From assembly GCA_016191875.1 (NCBI GenBank), contig JACPVG010000003.1, positions 100,683 through 164,682 on the forward strand: a stretch of 64,000 nucleotides of DNA, in the 5' to 3' direction. A program made the position numbers and the translations under genes. Positions 9,998 through 17,324 of this stretch are shown piece after piece. The notes below the pieces were generated by a model. The model worked only from the letters and a program-made list of their open reading frames with translations, was not told the origin of the DNA and did no database searches. The stretch comes from Chloroflexota bacterium (GTDB lineage: Bacteria > Chloroflexota > Anaerolineae > Anaerolineales > UBA11579). The number at the start of each line of letters is the position of its first letter. Positions within the stretch are counted from its first letter, which is position 1.

Positions 9998-10026
9998 TTG
10001 ACACTCTTCCTGCCCGGTGGAATAAT
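9998..10026 (+). promoter_or_regulatory. Candidate sigma70 promoter
   Basis: TTGACA (9998-10003), 17 nt, AATAAT (10021-10026). Upstream of the small ORF at 10061. Confidence 0.4.
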
Positions 10027-10060
10027 CGAAGATGAGAGGTTTCTGGAAAGGACCAACACA

Positions 10061-10279
10061 ATGCCTGAGAAAAAAGAACAGCCCCGCACATTCGGCCATG
10101 TGCTGCCGGAAGAAACGCGTGCCCATCTGCGCGCCGCCCGCCACGAGATGCGCAAAGGCTTTGAAGCGTTGATGCCGCCGGAATTCGTCCAACATCACCG
10201 CGCCGCGCGCAAAGAAATGCTGCTGGCGGCGCGCGAATTCATCAACCACGCCATCGAGAGCATCGAGAGCGCCGGATAG
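10061..10279 (+). CDS. Small hypothetical protein (72 aa, helical, charged)
   Basis: ATG 10061 follows GGAAAGGA. Codon usage resembles the neighbouring genes. No recognisable motif. Confidence 0.4.
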   Translation: MPEKKEQPRTFGHVLPEETRAHLRAARHEMRKGFEALMPPEFVQHHRAARKEMLLAAREFINHAIESIESAG

Positions 10280-10284
10280 AAAGG

Positions 10285-11958
10285 TCAGTTCCGGTGCGGT
10301 CGGGGGAAGATCAGGACGACCAGGGCGAGCAGCGCGCCGCCCAGCAGGACGGCCGCGAATTCCGTTTCGCGATTCGAATACAACTGAACACCGCTGAATA
10401 ACAGTCCGAGGAAGACCAGCGCCGTCGCCACACGCCGCAAAGCCCGTTCCAGCCGGCCCAGTTGGCGCGCCACCTCCGGCACGTTCACCTCCAGGTCGCC
10501 GCGCTCCGCCTGCGCAAGGACCCGCGCCGCCTGGCCGGGCAGCGCCACGAGCACTTTGGCATAGTCGCCGATCTGCCCCAGCCAGTAGTTGAAATCGCCG
10601 CCGGCCTCGGTTGCCAGCAGCTTCTTGGCATACGGCGCCAGATGGTCCCAGAAATTGAACGTGGGCGCCAGGCCGGTGCACAGGCCGGATAGCGTCGCCA
10701 CCGTTTTGAACAGGAAGATCAGGTCCTTGGGCACCTGGAACGGCATGTCAAACAGCAGTTCGCGGAATTCGACGGCCAGCGTGTGCATCTCCTCAAAGCC
10801 GATCTGGCGCAATTCGTCCATACTCTTGCCCCAGAACACGTTGAAGACCTTGTCCTCGGCCTTCTTCAGCAGTTCAAGGTCTGCGCCCGGCAGCAATACG
10901 TTCAGGGTCTGATAACCCTTCACCAGCCGGTCATGGTCGCGCCTGGCGATGCCGATGGCGATCTCGCGCAGGCCCTCGCGCGCCCCCGGCTGCACGTGAC
11001 CCACCATGCCGAAATCCACCAGCGTCAGCGTCCAGGGGTGCGGGTCGCTCTCAGTGGGCGGCAACGGCTGGATGAACAGGTTGCCGGGGTGCGGGTCGGC
11101 GTGGAAGAAGCCATCCTCGAAGATCTGCTGCATGTAGATGTCAAACACTCGCCCCGCCACCGCCGCGCGGTCAATGCCCGCGGCGTCGATGGCGGCGTAA
11201 TCGTTGATCTTGATCGCAAACACGTCTTCGAGTGTCAGCACTCGCTGGGTGGTGTGGCTCCACAGCACGCGCGGCACGCGTATCTCGGGTCGCTCCCTGA
11301 AATTGGCGGCAAAGGTCTCAGCATTGCGCCCTTCGGCCAGGTAGTCGATTTCTTCGTAAAGCGTGCGCGCCAGTTCGCCCAGCAGCGCCGGCACGTTCAC
11401 TCGGCGGCGGATCGGGCGGTAGCGCATCAGCCAGCGGCTCACCGTGGCCAGCGCCGCCAGGTCGGTCGCCAGGATTCCTTCAATACCCGGGCGCTGGATC
11501 TTGACCACGACATCGAGGGACTTGTTCAGCCCGGCGTCCGGCGCCGCGACCAGCCGCGCCCGGTGCACCTGGCCCAGCGACGCCGCCGCCAGCGGCGCGG
11601 GGTCGAAGTCGGCGTAGCGCACGGCCAGCGGCGCGCCCAGTTCGGCTTCGGCCTGGGCGCGGATGCGCTCGAAGTCTTCGGCGGGCACCTCGTCCTGCAG
11701 GCCGGAAAGCTCGTCGGTGATCTCCGGCGGCAGCACGTCCGCCCGGGCGGAGAGGAACTGCCCCAACTTGATCAGCACCCCGCCCATGCGCACGGCCAGG
11801 TCGTGGTAGGCGCGGGCGATGTTTCGCAGCCGGGCCGGGCGGTTGCGTTTTGCCAGCCGGCCAAACCCCAGCCGCGCCAGCAGCAGTTCCCACCAGGCCA
11901 GCCTCAGGATCACGTTCGCGAAGAAGAGGAGGATACGCCAATAACGCGTGGTTTTCAC
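10285..11958 (-). CDS. ABC1/UbiB-family atypical protein kinase with C-terminal TM helices
   Basis: 557 aa. The stretch LGQFLSARADVLPPEITDELSGLQDEVP, and also HADPHPGNL and DFGMVG, are characteristic of ABC1/AarF. Confidence 0.85.
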   Translation of the reverse strand: MKTTRYWRILLFFANVILRLAWWELLLARLGFGRLAKRNRPARLRNIARAYHDLAVRMGGVLIKLGQFLSARADVLPPEITDELSGLQDEVPAEDFERIRAQAEAELGAPLAVRYADFDPAPLAAASLGQVHRARLVAAPDAGLNKSLDVVVKIQRPGIEGILATDLAALATVSRWLMRYRPIRRRVNVPALLGELARTLYEEIDYLAEGRNAETFAANFRERPEIRVPRVLWSHTTQRVLTLEDVFAIKINDYAAIDAAGIDRAAVAGRVFDIYMQQIFEDGFFHADPHPGNLFIQPLPPTESDPHPWTLTLVDFGMVGHVQPGAREGLREIAIGIARRDHDRLVKGYQTLNVLLPGADLELLKKAEDKVFNVFWGKSMDELRQIGFEEMHTLAVEFRELLFDMPFQVPKDLIFLFKTVATLSGLCTGLAPTFNFWDHLAPYAKKLLATEAGGDFNYWLGQIGDYAKVLVALPGQAARVLAQAERGDLEVNVPEVARQLGRLERALRRVATALVFLGLLFSGVQLYSNRETEFAAVLLGGALLALVVLIFPRPHRN

Positions 11959-11990
11959 GCCCGAATTATAGTCCCGGCGCGGAGTCGCGC

Positions 11991-12019
11991 TTGACTCAGC
12001 CGCCGCCCCTTGCTACAAT
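11991..12019 (+). promoter_or_regulatory. Strong sigma70-type promoter of the phhA leader
   Basis: TTGACT (11991-11996), 17 nt, TACAAT (12014-12019). Confidence 0.55.
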
Positions 12020-12028
12020 CGCCCCACG

Positions 12029-12127
12029 ATGGCAAAGCGCAACCCCCGCAACCTGTATCGCCCCTATTATTATGCCGTGACCCACACGGCCGGTTTCGGT
12101 TTGCCTGACGAAGGAAACACCCCCTAG
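12029..12127 (+). CDS. Candidate leader peptide MAKRNPRNLYRPYYYAVTHTAGFGLPDEGNTP (32 aa)
   Basis: ATG lies 9 nt after the -10 and has no SD, so it would be a leaderless-type start. It has 4 Tyr codons, all TAT. Hairpin GCCGTG (12074-12079) / CACGGC (12085-12090) follows the YYY run. Not shown to be translated. Confidence 0.3.
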   Translation: MAKRNPRNLYRPYYYAVTHTAGFGLPDEGNTP

Positions 12128-12152
12128 CAGCACCCATCCCCTTTGTTGAATT

Positions 12153-12189
12153 GCCACAGGCGCACCCCCGGCCTGTGGCTTTTTATTTT
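12153..12189 (+). terminator. Intrinsic terminator (attenuator) directly upstream of the phhA RBS
   Basis: GCCACAGGC (12153-12161) pairs with GCCTGTGGC (12171-12179), followed by TTTTTATTTT. No plus-strand gene ends upstream of it. Confidence 0.7.
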
Positions 12190-12208
12190 CATGCCCAGGA
12201 GGCAGACG

Positions 12209-12934
12209 ATGGAAGCATCCCCGATCCCCCAGCCACGGCGGCGCAAAGCCGAAACCTTTGCGCCCGAGCTGCACGAGGTGTGGGCCGCGCTCTACGCCCG
12301 CCAGTTGCCCAACGTGCAGCGCTACGCCTGCCGCGCCTACCAGGAAGGGCTCGACGTGCTCGGCTTACCCGCCGACCGCATCCCCACCCTGGCAGAACTG
12401 AACGCCCGCATCACCCCGCCCACCGGCTGGCGCGCCGTGCGCACCACCGTGCGCTACTCGGATGCCGTGCCGTGGTACCACCACTTCGCCCGCCGCCAGT
12501 TCCTCATCACCGACTACATGCGGTCCTGGGAGGAACTGGATTTCACCCCCGAACCGGATATGTTCCACGACATTTTCGGCCACCTGCCGTTCATGGCGCT
12601 GCCGGACTACACTGCTCTGCAGGAAATGTTCGCCCCGGCCTTCCTGCGCGCCGACGATGCCCGGCGCGAAGACATCAAGCGCCTGGCATGGTTCAGCACT
12701 GAGTTCGGTTTGATTCGCGAGGATGGCGAGATCAAGGTCTTCGGCGCCGGGCTGATCTCGTCCTTCGGCGAGATTCACAACGTCGTCAGCGGCGGCGTGC
12801 CATTGCTGCCGTTCACGCTGGAGAACGTCCTCCGGCATGATAAAGCCATCTACTCGTTCAACTCGACCTTGTTCGTGATTGAGTCGCTCGACGCCCTCAA
12901 AGCCGAACTGGCGCGCTACTTCGATGCCGTTTGA
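12209..12934 (+). CDS. phhA: Phenylalanine 4-hydroxylase
   Basis: ATG 12209 follows AGGAGG (12197-12202). Aromatic amino acid hydroxylase motifs PDMFHDIFGHLPFM, STEFGL and GAGLISSFGE. Confidence 0.85.
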   Translation: MEASPIPQPRRRKAETFAPELHEVWAALYARQLPNVQRYACRAYQEGLDVLGLPADRIPTLAELNARITPPTGWRAVRTTVRYSDAVPWYHHFARRQFLITDYMRSWEELDFTPEPDMFHDIFGHLPFMALPDYTALQEMFAPAFLRADDARREDIKRLAWFSTEFGLIREDGEIKVFGAGLISSFGEIHNVVSGGVPLLPFTLENVLRHDKAIYSFNSTLFVIESLDALKAELARYFDAV

Positions 12935-13002
12935 AATGGTCTTCACGAAGTCGCCTGGCGCAATGCTGATTTCACCGTTTTCCGGGACTCCGGTTATCGA
13001 GC

Positions 13003-13032
13003 GTAGGGACAGGTTCATAAACCTGTCCCTAC
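13003..13032. repeat. REP-like perfect hairpin, GTAGGGACAGG family
   Basis: GTAGGGACAGGTT-CATA-AACCTGTCCCTAC. A near-identical copy (one loop nucleotide different) lies at 18943-18972. Confidence 0.8.
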
Positions 13033-13044
13033 TACTACTACTAC
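13030..13044. repeat. (TAC)5 microsatellite abutting the REP hairpin
   Basis: Five tandem TAC units read directly. The half-site at 19285-19297 is also followed by TAC. Confidence 0.8.
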
Positions 13045-13231
13045 GCATGGCCGGCGCAAGAAATCCGCATGTTCATACATTCTTCAAAATTCAGCTACGC
13101 CTATGTGCCTCCGTTGCAAAATCGATTTGCAGGCGCTCGAGACTTGCACCCCTCGCAACGAAGAATGACGCCGCGCATGAGACACATGCTATACTTTTGG
13201 AAATACTCGCCACCCACAAAAGGAGAACCCC

Positions 13232-13444
13232 ATGACGGAGAGCGTGTATAAGGTCATCGAGCTGGTCGGCACCAGCACCGAATCGTGGGAAAAGGCCGCC
13301 GCCGCGGCCGTCGCCACCGCCTCCAAGAGCCTGAAAGACCTGCGCATTGCCGAGGTGGTGCAACTGGATATGCAGATCGAGGACGGCAAGGTCGCCCAAT
13401 ACCGCACCAAACTAAAAGTTTCTTTCAAGTACCACACTGACTGA
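13232..13444 (+). CDS. Dodecin-family flavin-binding protein
   Basis: 70 aa. The whole-length pattern SVYKVIELVGTSTESWEKAA...LRIAEVVQLDMQIEDGKV..YRTKLKVSFKY is typical of dodecin. AAGGAG RBS. Confidence 0.8.
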   Translation: MTESVYKVIELVGTSTESWEKAAAAAVATASKSLKDLRIAEVVQLDMQIEDGKVAQYRTKLKVSFKYHTD

Positions 13445-13481
13445 CACAACCCATAGTTGCGAAGGGGATGTTTTATACGCC

Positions 13482-13510
13482 TTGACAACTTACTAACTAC
13501 TAAGTAAACT
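13482..13510 (+). promoter_or_regulatory. Promoter of the TetR gene, with an operator-like inverted repeat in the spacer
   Basis: TTGACA (13482-13487), 17 nt, TAAACT (13505-13510). The spacer ACTTACTAACTACTAAGT resembles the palindrome at 14115-14132. Confidence 0.5.
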
Positions 13511-13516
13511 AGATCC

Positions 13517-14086
13517 GTGATGAGCGAAACCAATACACGGGCACGCATCATGGATCTGGCCCAGGACCTGCTGCGCGAGAAGGGCTACACCGGCTTTTCC
13601 TACACCCCCATCGCCGGCGCGCTGGGGGTGCGCAACGCCGCCATCCACTACCACTTCCCGACCAAGGAAAACCTCGGCGAGGCGCTGGTCGAACGCGAGC
13701 GCCGCCGCTTCCTCAAGTGGACCGGCCTCAAAGCCATCCGCGACCTGGATGCCTGGGGCAAACTGGACTGGTTTTGCAGCATCTACGAACGCTATTCGCA
13801 GGGCGGTACGCGCGTGTGCTACCTCGGCGCTCTGGAAAGCAGTTTCGACGCCCTCCCGGAGGCCGTCCAGTCCCAGGCGCAGCGGCTCAACCTCGAGATG
13901 CTCGCCTGGCTTGAAGAAGTCCTTGAGGCCGGTCGGCAGGCGGGCGATTTTCGCTACGAAGGCCGCGCCGCCGGCCGGGCGGTCCTGATCATGAGCGCGT
14001 TGCAAGGCGCGGTGCAGATCGCCCGCGTCACCGCCCCCGATAACCTGGAGCAGGCCATCCAGCAGATTCGCGCCAGCCTGCGCTGA
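13517..14086 (+). CDS. TetR/AcrR family transcriptional regulator
   Basis: N-terminal HTH: RARIMDLAQDLLREKGYTGFSYTPIAGALGVRNAAIHYHFPTKENL. Confidence 0.85.
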   Translation: MMSETNTRARIMDLAQDLLREKGYTGFSYTPIAGALGVRNAAIHYHFPTKENLGEALVERERRRFLKWTGLKAIRDLDAWGKLDWFCSIYERYSQGGTRVCYLGALESSFDALPEAVQSQAQRLNLEMLAWLEEVLEAGRQAGDFRYEGRAAGRAVLIMSALQGAVQIARVTAPDNLEQAIQQIRASLR

Positions 14087-14114
14087 ATCTTCCGTCTCTT
14101 TTTTTGGCCGATGA

Positions 14115-14132
14115 ACTTACTGAGTAGTAAGT
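14115..14132. promoter_or_regulatory. Perfect 7-4-7 palindrome, candidate TetR operator
   Basis: ACTTACT-GAGT-AGTAAGT. Ends 2 nt before the AAGGAG RBS of the hydrolase gene. Confidence 0.5.
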
Positions 14133-14146
14133 AAAGGAGAGTGACA

Positions 14147-14938
14147 ATGACCGTTCCAACACACACACTGACCCCGGATGAAGCCCTGGCGTCCTGGTTC
14201 ACCCCGCCCAGGCTGCGGCTGACCGAGCGCAACGCCCAGGCGCTTGCCGAAGCCCGCAATTTCACTGTGCGGTTCGGCGCAGTGGACGTTGCTGTCTCGC
14301 AGTGGGGCCAGGCGGGCCCGCTGGCTCTGCTGGTGCATGGCTGGGGCGGCCACCGCGGCCAGATGACCGGCTTCGTCGCGCCGCTGCTGGCGGCAGGGTA
14401 TCGCGTCGTTGCCTTTGATGCCCCCGCCCACGGCGAGACCCCCGGCGAGCAGACCCACGGCTTCGAGAGCGCCGCGGCGTTGCTGGCCGTCGTCGCCGAG
14501 GTCGGCCGGCCCTACGCCGTCATCGCCCACTCGTTTGGCACGCTGGTGGCAACCATCGCCCTCCAGCAGGGGCTTACAACCGACCGGCTGGTGTTCTTTG
14601 GCGCCCTGCGCAGGCTTTCCGATGCCCTCGAAGCCTTCGTCCAGATGAATGGCCTGACCCCGAAAATCCGCGAGTACATCCTGCGCAGCGTGGAAGCGGA
14701 GTTTGGCACGGAGGTGTGGGACCAGACCGCGCTGGACATCCAGTTGCCCGGCGTCGCCATCCCCGCCCTGCTCATCCACGACCGCGACGACGAGATCACT
14801 CCCTTTATCAGCAGCGTGGCCATCCAGCGCGCCTGGCCCGCCGCCCGCCTGGTCGCCACCCACGGCCTGGGCCACCGCCGCGCCCTGGAGGATGAAGACG
14901 TTCACCGCCAGGTCGTTGAGTTCCTCGCCGCGGCTTGA
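14147..14938 (+). CDS. Alpha/beta hydrolase
   Basis: ALLVHGWGGH (HG oxyanion region). Nucleophile elbow AHSFG. IHDRDD. C-terminal GLGH. ATG 14147 follows the RBS, and GTG 14141 is the alternative start. Confidence 0.8.
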   Translation: MTVPTHTLTPDEALASWFTPPRLRLTERNAQALAEARNFTVRFGAVDVAVSQWGQAGPLALLVHGWGGHRGQMTGFVAPLLAAGYRVVAFDAPAHGETPGEQTHGFESAAALLAVVAEVGRPYAVIAHSFGTLVATIALQQGLTTDRLVFFGALRRLSDALEAFVQMNGLTPKIREYILRSVEAEFGTEVWDQTALDIQLPGVAIPALLIHDRDDEITPFISSVAIQRAWPAARLVATHGLGHRRALEDEDVHRQVVEFLAAA

Positions 14939-14962
14939 CAACCCGCCGTGACGCCGTATAAT
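14935..14962 (+). promoter_or_regulatory. Promoter of the thrS T-box leader
   Basis: TTGACA (14935-14940, overlapping the hydrolase stop), 16 nt, TATAAT (14957-14962). Confidence 0.55.
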
Positions 14963-14968
14963 GGGACG

Positions 14969-15225
14969 CATAGGAACACGCACTGACCGGGATGAGTAAC
15001 CGGCCCCGCCCTCCCAGAGAGAGGCCCGCCACCGACTGCAAGCGGCCTTGAGGCGCAACCGGCGAACACCCCCCGCGAGCGGAACCCCGAACGGCCCTGT
15101 GCCCAGTAAGGCGAACGGCTGGCCCCGTTACAGGCCGCAATGAGATGGTCCTCCCCGGAGGGCTAACTTAGGTGGAACCGTGTGAGTGACGCTCACGCCC
15201 TAAGCGGCGTGAGCGTTTTGTTTTG
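14969..15225 (+). promoter_or_regulatory. T-box riboswitch leader (tRNA-sensing transcription attenuator), presumably Thr-specific
   Basis: T-box AACTTAGGTGGAACCGTG (15165-15182). Antiterminator helices are 15167-72/15199-204 and 15180-86/15192-98, enclosing the bulge TGGAACC. Competing terminator ACGCTCACGCC (15189-99) / GGCGTGAGCGT (15206-16) plus TTTTGTTTT. GATGAG at 14991 and AGAGAGAG at 15016. Confidence 0.85.
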
Positions 15226-15426
15226 TCTGGAGGTTATGATGATTTGTCAGTTGAAAAGGTTACCGAGGTATGGGTCAATGAGACACCAGGGACCGCATCT
15301 GGTGGATCCGTTGACTAGCCGCGCCTCCCAACCGTCCACCAACGAGGGGTTTGCCGCATTGACCCGTTGACCCATCCCTCGTTGACCTTTAACGAATGTC
15401 GAATAACTACTCACGGAGTCTATGGA

Positions 15427-17229
15427 ATGTCCGACCACAAAGAAATCCCCTACGCCGAAACGGAGCTCTACCGCATCCGCCACTCGGCCGCCCACATCAT
15501 GGCCCAGGCCGTGATGGAGCAGTTCGAGCCCGGCGAAGTGAAGATTGCCATCGGCCCGCCCATCGAAGACGGCTTCTACTACGATTTCCAGTTGCCGCGC
15601 CAACTCACGCCGGAAGACTTCCCGGCCATCGAAAAGCGCATGCGCCAGATCATCGCCGCCAAACACAAGTTTGAAAAGCGGGTGGTCTCGGCGGAGGAAG
15701 CCAAAAAGGAGTTCGCCGGCCAGCCGTTCAAACTGGACCTCATCGAAGGGCTGGAGAAGGGCGGCTTCGACGAATACGGCGAGCCGCTGAAGGAAAAGCC
15801 GGAGATCTCGTTCTACACGCATGATGTCTTCACAGACCTGTGCCGCGGTCCGCATGTCGAGAACACGGGCCAGATCAACCCCTCGGCGGTCAAACTGATG
15901 AGCATCGCCGGGGCCTACTGGCGCGGCGACGAGAAGAAGCCGCAACTGACGCGCATCTATGGCACGGCCTTCAAGACGGCCCCGGAACTCGAAGAGCACC
16001 TGTGGCGCATCGAGGAAGCCAAAAAGCGCGACCACCGCAAACTGGGCAAGGACCTCGGCCTGTTCTACTTCTCGGATGACATCGGCCCCGGCATCCCGCT
16101 GTTCACGCCCAAGGGCGAGATGCTGCGCCACCTGATGGAGGACTACGTGCGCGAAACGCAGACGCGCTACGGTTACGAGCACGTCTGGACGGGGCATCTG
16201 GTGAAGGAAGACCTGTACAAGAAGTCCGGCCACTACGACAACTACGCCGATGTGATGTTCCCGCCAATGGTGGATGAGAATGTCGCCTTCCGCCTCAAGC
16301 CGATGAACTGCCCCAGCCACATGACGCTCTACAAGGAAATGGGACGGCATTCCTACCGCGAACTGCCGCTGCGCTTCTCGGAATTTGCCACGCTCTACCG
16401 CTATGAGAAGTCCGGCGAGGTCTCGGGCCTGACACGCGTGCGCGCCCTCACGCAGGATGACTGCCACACGTTCTGCACACCGGAGCAGATCCAGGAAGAG
16501 TTTTCGCTCTCCCTGCAACTGATTCGCGAAGTGCTGGAACGCTACCGCTTCTCGGACTACAAGGTGCGCCTCTCGCTGCGCGGCGAAGGCGGCAAGTACG
16601 TGGACGACCCCGAAAAGTGGGACCTGGCCGAAGCCGCCCTGCGCGCCGCCCTGGATGCCAACCAGGTTGAGTACTTCGAGGCCGCCGGGGAGGCCGCCTT
16701 CTACGGCCCCAAGGCCGACTTCATCGCCCGAGACGTGCTCGGCCGCGAATGGCAGTTAAGCACGATTCAGGTGGACTTCATCCAACCGGCGCGACTGGCG
16801 CTGGCATACATCGGCGAGGACAACCAGGAACACACGCCGGTGGTGCTGCACCGTGCCGTCACGGGCACAACGGAGCGTTTCCTCGGCGTCATCATCGAGC
16901 ACTTCGCCGGGGCCTTCCCCGTCTGGCTGGCTCCCGAGCAGGCCGTCGTCATCCCCATCGCCGACCGCCACAACGAGTACGCCGGGCAGGTGGCCGCCAG
17001 ACTGCGCGCCGAGGGCCTGCGCGTCCGCGTGGATGCCAGCAGCGACCGCATGAACGCCAAGATCCGCGATGCCCAGAAACAGAAGGTACCCTACATGCTG
17101 GTGGTGGGCGATGCCGAGATGGAAGCCGGCCAGGTCGCCCTGCGCCTGCGGAATGGCGACAACCCCGGCGCGATGAGCCTGGACGACTTCCTCGCCATCG
17201 CCCGCAAGGACATCGAAGAAGGCAACTGA
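15427..17229 (+). CDS. thrS: Threonine--tRNA ligase (no N-terminal TGS domain)
   Basis: Starts MSDHKEIPY. RIRHSAAHIMAQA (editing-domain HxxxH). Class II motifs. The C-terminal anticodon-binding region contains KVPYMLVVGD. The in-frame extension upstream is only 20 codons. Confidence 0.9.
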   Translation: MSDHKEIPYAETELYRIRHSAAHIMAQAVMEQFEPGEVKIAIGPPIEDGFYYDFQLPRQLTPEDFPAIEKRMRQIIAAKHKFEKRVVSAEEAKKEFAGQPFKLDLIEGLEKGGFDEYGEPLKEKPEISFYTHDVFTDLCRGPHVENTGQINPSAVKLMSIAGAYWRGDEKKPQLTRIYGTAFKTAPELEEHLWRIEEAKKRDHRKLGKDLGLFYFSDDIGPGIPLFTPKGEMLRHLMEDYVRETQTRYGYEHVWTGHLVKEDLYKKSGHYDNYADVMFPPMVDENVAFRLKPMNCPSHMTLYKEMGRHSYRELPLRFSEFATLYRYEKSGEVSGLTRVRALTQDDCHTFCTPEQIQEEFSLSLQLIREVLERYRFSDYKVRLSLRGEGGKYVDDPEKWDLAEAALRAALDANQVEYFEAAGEAAFYGPKADFIARDVLGREWQLSTIQVDFIQPARLALAYIGEDNQEHTPVVLHRAVTGTTERFLGVIIEHFAGAFPVWLAPEQAVVIPIADRHNEYAGQVAARLRAEGLRVRVDASSDRMNAKIRDAQKQKVPYMLVVGDAEMEAGQVALRLRNGDNPGAMSLDDFLAIARKDIEEGN

Positions 17230-17238
17230 CAAAACCAT

Positions 17239-17308
17239 CTGGAGGTCTCGAAGTCTTGAGGTCTGGAGATCGCCCGACCTTCCGGCTTCTCGACTTCGGG
17301 ACTTCCAG
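17239..17308 (+). other. Long imperfect hairpin in the thrS-adh spacer
   Basis: CTGGAGGTCTCGAAGTC (17239-55) pairs with GACTTCGGGACTTCCAG (17292-308): 17 bp if two G-U pairs are allowed. No U-tract follows. Confidence 0.5.
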
Positions 17309-17324
17309 ACATCAGGACGGTCTT

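Noticed and set aside
12029-12190. Attempt to draw a classical 1:2 / 2:3 / 3:4 attenuator for the phhA leader
   Set aside because: Only the 1:2 hairpin (12074-90) and the 3:4 terminator (12153-79) are convincing. The best 2:3-type pairings I found are 5-6 bp (for example GCCTG 12103-07 with CAGGC 12157-61). The mechanism is left open rather than asserted.
16749-17324. N-terminal 192 codons of the 606-aa ORF 16749-18569
   Set aside because: This part is out of frame with and overlaps the thrS 3' half, and is Arg/Gly/Pro-rich. The dehydrogenase homology begins at ATG 17325, which has an SD.
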